Below, in pieces: positions 38,901 to 47,500 of a stretch of 64,000 nt of DNA. How positions within the stretch are numbered: the first letter of the stretch is position 1; every line of letters starts with the position of its first letter. The DNA comes from Azolla caroliniana (lineage: Eukaryota > Plantae > Polypodiophyta), in NCBI GenBank assembly GCA_043228905.1, contig JBHGNT010000007.1, positions 5,642,001-5,706,000 on the forward strand, written 5' to 3'. A program made the translations under genes and the position numbers. Below the pieces are notes generated by a model. It ran no database searches, was not told the DNA's origin, and saw only the letters and a list, made by a program, of their open reading frames with translations.

Positions 38901-39533
38901 TGTGAACGCGAATGCTTTGCCGTGTTGCTCCAACATCTCTCGAAACCGTTTTTCTTCTTCTTGTAAGAGGAACCCACCTCCACCGATCCGAAGTTTCTTC
39001 CGGGTCTCATCTGTGAAGGCATGTCCGATATCCACGGTCTTCCGAAGTGTCGGGTCTCCCGAGACTTCTTTCCTCTTTTGTTCGCTATCGGCGGGTAGTG
39101 GTCCCGCGGCCGGTTTCACCTTCTTCTCCACGGTCTTGTATTTCGTACTTACCATTGCTTCTTCTTTGCGGAGCGCATCCGGCCCCATTTTCGCAACGAT
39201 CTCGTACATCTCGACCGATTCCACCGGGACTACCCGGTTCCCTTGGCTTTTATCTTCCGCAAGCTCTTCAAGCCGTTGTAGTGTATTCCCATAGAACACT
39301 TCCTCGATCACTCCCACGATTTCTTCGTCTTCTTTTATTATTGATGCCGACCGTAACTTATCCTCCACTTGTCGGTAATGTTTCTTCATTCCTCCGGTTA
39401 CGGTCGTGTACGTAGATGCCCCATCCGGGCCGATTCGTACTTGTTTTGCTCCGAGAGTTTTCTTCCTGTGTGGGGTATCAGGGCTTCTCGGACTATCACT
39501 TCCCCACTCCGCAACAGTCCGCTTTAAAAATCC
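35922..39533 (-). CDS. Gypsy Pol (RT-RNase H-integrase), probably entered by -1 frameshift at 39527-39533
   Basis: 1155-aa ORF whose frame stays open upstream to the slippery site; LPQGATNS, FLDD, RNase H, HHCC, DDE and GPY motifs. Confidence 0.92.
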   Translation of the reverse strand, partial: GFLKRTVAEWGSDSPRSPDTPHRKKTLGAKQVRIGPDGASTYTTVTGGMKKHYRQVEDKLRSASIIKEDEEIVGVIEEVFYGNTLQRLEELAEDKSQGNRVVPVESVEMYEIVAKMGPDALRKEEAMVSTKYKTVEKKVKPAAGPLPADSEQKRKEVSGDPTLRKTVDIGHAFTDETRKKLRIGGGGFLLQEEEKRFREMLEQHGKAFAFTSREIGCIDPKIVEPMVIFTIDHVPWNLKPIPVPRAHIPKVIDLLKEKVAMGILEPSSAPYSNRWFTVPKKNGSLRFIQDLQPVNKVTIRNSGVGPIVDEFAEAFAGRAIYSIGDLYSGYDQFQLAVESRDITTMRTPIGLVRMCTLPQGATNSVAHMMNAMNKVLRDCIPEITMPFLDDIPMKGCAVEEKDETMDDRGCRKFVVDHIHDCEKVLRKLEDVHLTLSGEKSAFGQEEILVVGHLCGPYGRRPSPTKVDAIQAMKEVCESTSEVRRFLGACAFYHIWIPHYAHIADPLYHLLRKGKKFEWKPEHTKAMRKLKKTLWRAESLKKPSYKRPIIVTVDTSPTGIGWVINQADSDGSRYPIRFGAKVLNERQRGYAQVKRELWGVVSAIKSDRDYLIGAEVVIETDCLPILGMMRCCTIPDVAMLRWIAYVKSLNPEVRHISGKDNAVADMLSRARFEDDITESDNEEVSKDYFTSEHICRVNVIREFREEEYEGETLMIGKILQEVEDSTNDKERRAEIRRKKRQVQKFFLENGLIWRTPKRPDGIPLRVVGTKEQRNRIMSEFHESDWAGHRGTWATFVKIKQRYWWKNMYKDVAEFTESCEKCQVYSGVRHRDELHPTFSPTINFKWMVDIVAMPTGIGQKKYLVLAREDLTNQVEGRALRRKTCAAVCQFLLEEVFCRYGCVGQVIADRGELDSDKARGFFAKHGVRLTLTTAYNPEANGKIERGHSPIVKALAKACDGRVKDWPQMLPYALWADRTTHSSVTGYMPAELMTGQAPVMPTETAIATWTILPWKEEMSREELLAVRIRQLEGRPKDVAEASRRQQEARFRNKSRFDTKHRLRPRRIEEGDWVIVYDSSLDHQHTTMRKFAKRWFGPYEVRKVFDNGTYRLSELDGTILRVPIAGKRVKIFKKRTDDKPYVIQVEADNEEQSDEDHNDAGSEESGLQLIVDIRGESEEASDEDGYEESRTSAHTGGCAGLEGASVVV

Positions 39534-41563
39534 ATTCTCACTTGGGACAAGAGTTCCCTCTTGTTCCTTTCGTGATTTGCCGGCACCGTTAGGAATTGGA
39601 CGGATTTCCCTCCGTTTTGGCTCCGAATTCGCGCAAAAGCCGCACCACTATCGAGCACCTTCGTCTCCATCCGTGAAGCCGTGATAAAGGGTTGGCCGAG
39701 GATGACAGAATGTGAAACCTCATCCTGCACAAAGAAATTTTGGTCAATTTCGACATCCCCGATCTTTACCGTCACATCCGGACAAGCCGCAAATAGGTCT
39801 TCTGTCGTTTTCGTGGCTGCCCGAATCTTCCATCCATGGTTGGTGTTTATAGGCCACTTCCCCTTTCGGTAGAACTCCTTGGACATCAAGTTGATCTCCG
39901 ATCCGTGATCAATCAATGCTAGCACGGGTTCTTTGATGTTGCCGATTCGGACCGGAGTCTCCGTAGTCGCACGTGCCCAGTGTGGCCTTGTATAGTGGGA
40001 GTTCGGAATTTCGCCTTCCACTTCGGTGTCGTTCATTGAAACGGTATTTGCATTCACCCTTGGAGCATTTTCCTCCGTACTTTGTCTCTTCCTTTTCACG
40101 AGATCCACGAGAAGATCGTGAAACTCCTTCTTCACTATTCCGAGTAGTTCCCGCAGTGAAAAATCTACCCGGCTATCCAAGATTCTTTCCTCGAACACTC
40201 TTTTCAAGTCGGTTTGTTGTTCTATGTCCGAGGCGAGCTTGAATGCCGGAGTCGCCTTTTCTTTTACCTTACCTCCGGAGTTCCAGCTTTCCGGTATCTT
40301 CGATGGTCCGGCCGCATCCTCCGTGCGCCGTCGTTTCTCGTCCACATACACCTCATGTAATTGACAAAGGGCGTATATGCTATTCTTGTCGACAGGGCAC
40401 TCCCATCCCGTAGCTTCCCGGACGCCTTCCGCGGTGTTTCGGATATCGTTGGAGTCGGTTTTCTCGGTGTTTCCTAGCACCTCCGGCCAGAAAGACGCCT
40501 TCGCTCCCGATGACTCCCCGACACATATTCCCGCGGTTGTCGCATAGTTGCTTCTTGCCGCTAACTCCTCCTCGAGCACCTTCTTCATGCCGCCTTTCCG
40601 GAAGTTCGGTCGGAGTGGCTTCCGAGAGTCCATCGAATGAATCCGGTTTCCCTCGTAGTAGATGAGATCCCGTCGTAGCGCCTCCTTATGGTCGTCGCAA
40701 TCCCTCCGATCGTGTTCGGCGCTATCGCACCATATGCACCGTCGATCCGTATATTTGGAGCTTGTGGGGCGGTCATCCGACTTCTTCACCATCGCGATCT
40801 TTAGATTCTCCATCTCCTTCAGCAGCCGCTCCACCGTAGACGCGTCGACTCCCTTCTCGGCCGTAATCTCCCGAGCCCTCGGTTGATGGTCTTCCAGTCC
40901 CGTTCTCGGTTTCGGAATCGGTTCCGAAACCCTCTTTTCTTCGTTGGCAAGCCATTGCCCCCTCTTCGTGTACCGCGCGACGATATCCCGCACGCTTTCC
41001 CATGTTTCGGTGAGGCCGCTTTCGGTGGTCGCGTCCTCAAGAAGCACTCCGAGATCTTTCCGGTCCCGGACGTCCACAGCTCGCAAAAACATGATGACTT
41101 TGTCCGGCGCAAGTATAGTTTGATCTCTCGCGGACAACCTCCCGAACCGACTTTCGAATGTCGAAAACACTTCGAGGACCTTCAGCCCCTTACCTGACGT
41201 TTCCACCCAATCCTCGAATCCCCTCCGCGTTGCCTTGGAGGAGTCCTCGATGGCAAACGTGGTCTTTAACGCCTCTTCGAATGCTTCCCACGTCGGATTT
41301 TGTTGTTGCAACCCGTGGATACTCCCTTGAAGCCCGTCGGTCGCCACCCGGTTAAAGGATGTCACTTGCAGTCCTTCCGAAGCCCGGCACCGGAGCATCT
41401 CCGCCTTGTAGTCCTGCAAATATCGCGACACATCCTTACCATTAAATTGCCCGTTGCGTTGCACGAGCCGCTCTACTGATGCCGAAATCTCCGACATCGT
41501 GCGTTGTTCTTGAAGCATCCGTTCGAACATCGCCATCATATTGTTAGCTTGTTGAGCCTCCAT
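39524..41563 (-). CDS. Gypsy Gag-protease
   Basis: Open frame from MEAQQ; CIWC...H....C knuckle; protease-like ALIDHGSEIN...ILGQPF. Confidence 0.9.
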   Translation of the reverse strand: MEAQQANNMMAMFERMLQEQRTMSEISASVERLVQRNGQFNGKDVSRYLQDYKAEMLRCRASEGLQVTSFNRVATDGLQGSIHGLQQQNPTWEAFEEALKTTFAIEDSSKATRRGFEDWVETSGKGLKVLEVFSTFESRFGRLSARDQTILAPDKVIMFLRAVDVRDRKDLGVLLEDATTESGLTETWESVRDIVARYTKRGQWLANEEKRVSEPIPKPRTGLEDHQPRAREITAEKGVDASTVERLLKEMENLKIAMVKKSDDRPTSSKYTDRRCIWCDSAEHDRRDCDDHKEALRRDLIYYEGNRIHSMDSRKPLRPNFRKGGMKKVLEEELAARSNYATTAGICVGESSGAKASFWPEVLGNTEKTDSNDIRNTAEGVREATGWECPVDKNSIYALCQLHEVYVDEKRRRTEDAAGPSKIPESWNSGGKVKEKATPAFKLASDIEQQTDLKRVFEERILDSRVDFSLRELLGIVKKEFHDLLVDLVKRKRQSTEENAPRVNANTVSMNDTEVEGEIPNSHYTRPHWARATTETPVRIGNIKEPVLALIDHGSEINLMSKEFYRKGKWPINTNHGWKIRAATKTTEDLFAACPDVTVKIGDVEIDQNFFVQDEVSHSVILGQPFITASRMETKVLDSGAAFARIRSQNGGKSVQFLTVPANHERNKRELLSQVRMDF

Positions 41564-44500
41564 CTCCTTGCCACCCGCTTTCACGTCGGGTTCACCAACT
41601 GTGTCGTGCCTTTCGGCTCCGGATCGTTGCGTGAGTCGGGTGGGAACCACAGAGGTCTTGGACTAGGAGAAAGAAGTTCGTGAGATAGAGATTAATTATG
41701 AGTAAATAGCAAAGAGAAAGATAAGAAACTCGTGAATCACACGAGTATACTATATTAATTGGTACTTAGGGTGTTAAGAGAGAAGTAGATGTATAAATCG
41801 TGAATCCCACGAATAATTTTTGTATTGATTAATACGTAATCCAAATAATCAACAACCATATACATATTTCTCTCCTCCTTATATAAGGAAGGAAGAGCTA
41901 AGCATGGCTTCATGCTTTTTTTTTTTACAAAAAGTGTTCATGTCCACTAAATGTGCATGTGATGCTTTTTTTATTTCCTAAGTATAGGGCTCATGCACGC
42001 TAGATGTGCATGACTTATTTTTAGTGTCTCGTGTTTTTCTTTTCTTTTCTTTTTTCATATATTAAAAAAAATACACGATTTACCTTTTAATAAAGGTATG
42101 CATAAATAAAGGTCTTATACCTATTAAATCTATATTTAAAACACTTAAGATAAGTTAATGTAATGGTAAGGTTGGGGTTTGTCAACGTGGAGGTGCAGAG
42201 TTCGAATCATGCCCTGCGCAGTAGTGAGTATTTCCTTTCTTTTTACATTTATGTCTCTTTATCCGTTTTCCTCCTTGCCGGTATGCCGTTTTCCTCCTTG
42301 CCGGTATGCCGTTTTCCTCCTTGCCGGTATGCCGTTTTTCCTCCGGTTCTCACCGAGCACTCCATTCTCTATCCGGAGGGACAAAAATATAATTTCCACA
42401 TAGTGTGCAACCTACACTACGACAACGCCGCAGAAAGTGTGGACCGGTAAGGAAGTGTCCTACCGGCATCTGAAGGTGTTCGGGTGTCTCGCATACGTGC
42501 ATGTGGCAAAGGACCGGAGAGGAAAGCTAGATCCAAAGACCCGGCCATGCATATTCCTCGGTTACGGCGACGACGAGTTCGGCTACCGAGTATGGGACCC
42601 GGTCGACAAGAAGATATTCAGGAGTCGAGACATCATCTTCATGGAGGACAAGACACTCGCCGACTGGGAGTCGGAGAAGAAGATGAAGAGCTCCAAGTCG
42701 ACCGGTGAGGATCAACTCTACGAGGAGCAGTCCCGACCGGCAAGGGACCGGTTAGCACTGGAGGATCCGGCCGAAGACGGTGAAGAAACAGAACCGGCCG
42801 AAGAAGATGAAAATGATACCGGAACCGGCCCTGACCCCGAAATGGATTCGGATGAAGAAGAATCGGAAGAACCGGTTACCGAAGCTCCGGAACGGAGATA
42901 TCCTCTAAGAGAGAGAAGGGCCCCCCGGAGATTTCCGGAACCAGAGCACGTGCTGCTAACCGACGAGGGGGAGCCGGAGAGCTTTGAAGAAGCAAAACAT
43001 GACACCCAGAGCCGCAGGTGGTTGAGTGCCATGCAGGACGAGATGGATTCCTTGCATGAGAACCACACATATGAACTTGTGGAGTTGCCGAAAGGAAAGC
43101 GGGCACTTCGAAACAAGTAGGTGTTCAAGCTGAAACCGGGAGATGCCGGAAAACCCCCGAGATACAAAGCCAGGATCGTGGTGAAGGGGTTTCAGCAAAA
43201 GAAGGGCGTCGACTTCGACGAGATATTTGCCCCGGTAGTGAAGATGACCTCCATCCGGACGGTGCTGAGCATAGCGGCAAGCATGGACCTCGAGGTAGAA
43301 CAGATGGACGTGAAGACGGCATTCCTTCACGGTGACCTCGATGAAGAGATCTACATGCAGCAACCGGAAGGATTCGAGAAGAAAGGGAAGGAGCACCTGG
43401 TATGCCGGTTGAAGAAGAGCCTTTACGGACTGAAGCAGGCTCCCCGGCAATGGTACCGGAAGTTCGACTCCTTCATGACCGACGAAGAGTACCTCAAAAC
43501 GCAGTCCGACCACTGCGTGTTTGTGAAGAAGTTCGAAGGAGGAGACTTTCTAATACTCCTCCTGTACGTGGACGACATGTTGATCGTCGGACGGGACCAG
43601 GTCAAGATACGGATGCTGAAGAAGGCTCTTCACCGAACCTTCTCAATGAAGGACCTGGGTCCGGCGAGGCAAATACTAGGGATGCACATCATCCGGGACC
43701 GGAAGAAGAAGCAGTTGTGGCTGTCACAGGAGAAGTACGTGACGAAGGTGCTTCACCGGTTCAACATGTCGGAAGCAAGACCGGTCGGATCGACCCTCCC
43801 GGCAAACTGCAAGCTGTCCAGCAAGCAAAGTCCCAAGACAAAGGCTGAGAAGGAGGACATGATGAAAGTACCATATGCCTCTGCCGTCGGGAGCTTGATG
43901 TACGCCATGGTGTGTACGAGACCGGACATAGGATATGCAGTCGGAGTGGTGAGCCGGTACATGAGCAATCCCGGCAAAGAGCATTGGAACGCGGCCAAGT
44001 GGATACTCCGATACCTGAAAGGCACGGCAAACGTGTGCCTCCGATTTGGCTCCGGTAAGCCCGAACTCGACGGCTTCACCGATTCGGATATGTCGGCTGA
44101 TGCAGATACCAGCCGGTCCACATCAGGGTATGTGATGACGTATGCAGGGGGAGCCGTTTCGTGGCAGTCGAGGCTGCAGAAGACGGTTGCGTTGTCAACC
44201 ACGGAGGCGGAGTACATGGCAGTTGTTGAAGCCGGCAAGGAAATAATATGGATGAAGGACTTCATCAGAGAGCTCGGTATCCGGCAGGAGGAGTACCGAC
44301 TCTACTGCGACAGTCAGAGTGCAATCCACCTTGCGAAGAACGCGGCCTATCACTCCCGGACGAAGCACATCCAGCGAAGATATCACTGGATCCGGGAAAG
44401 GATAGAAGACAAGGAGTTCGTGCTGACAAAGATCCACACGGACGAGAACGGGTCGGATATGCTGACCAAGGTCCTCACACCCGACAAGCTGGAAGCATGC

Positions 44501-47500
44501 CGGAAGAGGATCGGATTGGAAAGACATCCCATGCCGAAGTGAAGGGGGAGTTTGTTGGGATTACGATCCCTTCGGATGGGATGGTCGGATGTCGGAGATG
44601 AATGCCGACGAGCCCGGTTTCGGTTTCGGATCCGGATGATGAAGACCCCGGCTTCGGTGCCGGATGACGAATGTACCCGGAGAGCGATCCGGATGCAGGG
44701 ACATATCCGTGAATATGTTCGCTATGGGCCCCTGAGGCTAGAGTTGTAAATAGCCCCAAAGTCATATATGTATAAATATGACTTAGGGCAAACAGTTTTG
44801 TAGCTGCTGATTATTTTTTCTGTTTTTCCACTCAAGAGGAGTGAAGAGGGAGCAGCCGTGAGAGAGAGAGAGAGAGAGATAGAGCGTGAGAGAGGAAGAG
44901 GACGACGCCTCTTTGTATTTCCGCCTCCTGTGGCGAGGATAGCGAGCTCAAGGTCGTCGCCTTGCAGCTCGCCATTGTATACTTCTCTGTATAGTGTTGG
45001 TTTGGAGTCTTGTACTCCCGTGGTTTTTCCCGTCTAGGGTTTTCCACGTTAATCCCTGTGTGTTCGCGTTTTGTTTCTCTGTGTGGTTCCTATTTTCTGC
45101 TCCATTGATTCGCGCTTACTCGGTTGTGGCCGAGTGGTGAAGGTGAATCGAAGCGTTGATTCCCAACAGGGATGTGTTATCAAACTCATCTAATATGCAT
45201 GTGATGCATCAAGAGAAGAATATAGAAAGCATAGATGTCCGAGAATTGAAAGAACGTGAACGACGATCAAAGAACATTGTCGTCCGTGGGATTAAAGAAG
45301 AGAGTATGGAAACACCCGCATCCCTTGGAAAGGCCATTGGTGAATTTTTTAGCATGCATTATGGGATGTCAGATGTGAATGTATATGGGGCACACCGAGT
45401 TGGGAAACATGGTGTTACTCGCTCCGGAGAAAGGCCTATTGTATGCACAATGACAGATGATACAAAGCGGCGAATCATACTCGAAAATAGTTGGGTATAC
45501 CTCAAAGGTACACAATGCTTTGTGAGTGAAGATCGTACTATCTCACAACAAAATGCTCGTCGTAAAGCATATGAAGAAAGATTGAAAAACAAGGTTAAGG
45601 ATGTGCCTAAAGATGGAAATGTAGGCAAATAGGGACACGTGATCTATGAGACTAACCCATGACTTTTATGACTATGCTTTTGGAATTGCAATGGATACCC
45701 ATGGAATGTGGAATTTGGCATAGAGGAGTTCACCGATGACTCGGATATCAGACTTCTTGTTGAAACATGGGAGCATGATACTCAAAGGATTCAAGGTTTA
45801 GGAAACTATAATGTACACTCTTTGATATGGAAGAAAAATCCAAGACAAAGAAGAGGACAAGGAGGGGTGGCATGTTTGATTAAGAAGGAAAAAGAGAAAT
45901 ATGTGTCAATCATAAAAAATGATGAAAATAAATGTTACATATGGCTCAAAATAGAAACACCTAATGATTTGCCCACTTTTGTAGTTGGATGTTACATTCC
46001 TCATCAAGATTCTAACTTTTATGCTTGTTTGGATAAAGATCAACCGTTTGCCAATCTAGAAGATGATATTTCTTATTTCAAATCCAAAGGGGAAGTTATT
46101 GTCTTTGGTGACAGGAATGCTCGTATAAGAAGTTTCCAACTTGATTCACAAGAATCTTTCATGCCACATATCTCAAGGATGCAAGAGGATATGCAAATGT
46201 ATAACGCTCTTCTAGCGATGAAAAAGATCCGGACCAATTTGGGAAGTTACTCCTACAAATGTGCAATAGTACTGGATTGCTTATTGCAAATGGTATTTCC
46301 TTATGGCCCAACACTAATGGTTTTACATGTAGAAAACACAACGGAAATAGTGTGTTGATTATGTGCCACTTTCCAAAGGTATTTTGGATCGTATACAAAT
46401 TGGACTACAAATTGGATCAAACCAAGACATAAAGGTGGAGATATAAATAATGTAAACAACTATCGAACCATCATGGTTGGCTCATTAATGGCAAAACTAT
46501 TTGGATGTATAATGGAATCAAAGATAAGTGTATGGGCTGAAAAAAGTTGTAAGAGAGCTTATGGACAGGCTGGCTTTCGGAAACACCATAGCACCATTGA
46601 TCACCTTATCACCTTTCGAGTATTAATGGAGGAAAGTCGCCTTAGAGGTAAAGGTTTATATTGTTGCTTTGTAGACTTCAAGAAAGCTTTTGATATGGTA
46701 CCTCGTGAGCATCTTTGGAGGCGAATGGAAGAACTTGAGGTGCCAAGTGAATATATGCTTGCAATTTCCCGAATTTATGAGAAGGTTATATGTTGTGTGC
46801 GCATGAGAGATAAACTTTCAGATTTTTTCAAAAGCACTATTGGTGTTAAGCAAGGATGCAAACTCTCACCAACACTATTTGGTCTATGCATTGATGAATT
46901 GGAAGAAATGGTTACCAAGTTTGCAAAGGAAGAATGTGTTGAAGAAGTTGCCATTGGGAATGTTGTGATTATGCTTTTGCTATATGCAGATGATGTAGTG
47001 CTTTTTGCAAATACTTTAGGAGATGCACAAAAGCTTATGAAGGCATTGGAAAAATTTTGCATGCATACTAAATTAAGTGTCAATAGCTCTAAAACAAAGA
47101 TTATGCTTGTGAAGAGCCAAAAAAGAGATAAACCATGCATTATGTACAACAATGAGCCACTTGAATGTGCGGAAAGCTTCAAATATCTTGACCTTGAACT
47201 TCCTTCAAATCATAGATGGAATGAATGTGCTACACGCCGCTTAGAGGCGGGCAAGCGAGCATACTATGCATTTGAGAACACATGCAATCTTGGAGATATT
47301 AAGTGTTGGGTCCTCAAGAAATATCTTTTCGACACTTTGGTGACACCGGTTCTTCTCTATGGGGTGGAAGTATGGGGCGTTAGCATCCCTAAATCTATGT
47401 GGAAAGAGTTTGAAAATGTCCAAAAGCATTTTCTTACCAAGTTTCTGCAAGTTAAGAAACAAACGCCCTACACCCTCCTCCTCCTTGAGACGAGATCGCT

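Larger units (their letters stand above)
35135..42424 (-). mobile_element. Apparently intact non-chromoviral Gypsy: LTRs 35135-35934 and 41602-42424
   Basis: 4-bp TSD ACGC (35131-35134, 42425-42428), Trp PBS 41580-41597, PPT ggagggggcgag, uninterrupted ORFs. Confidence 0.96.
33175..44542 (+). pseudogene. Copia B gag-pol (33175-35134 + 42429-44542), split by a Gypsy and carrying one TGG>TAG nonsense codon at 43118-43120
   Basis: ORFs 33163-35199, 42437-43120 and 43121-44542; removing the insert restores LDGDTPQKVWTG. Confidence 0.94.
32531..45168 (+). mobile_element. Copia B, young: LTRs 32531-33144 and 44553-45168
   Basis: TSD GGGAT at 32526-32530 and 45169-45173, Met PBS 33148-33159, PPT gaagggggag; LTRs appear identical apart from one GA unit. 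Confidence 0.96.

Noticed and set aside
43118-43120. Programmed stop read-through in Copia B
   Set aside because: Homologous copies have TGG (NKWVYK), so this is a simple nonsense mutation.
33228-44765. Many antisense and alternate-frame ORFs overlapping gag/pol
   Set aside because: Expected shadow ORFs of GC-rich coding sequence; no recognisable domains.
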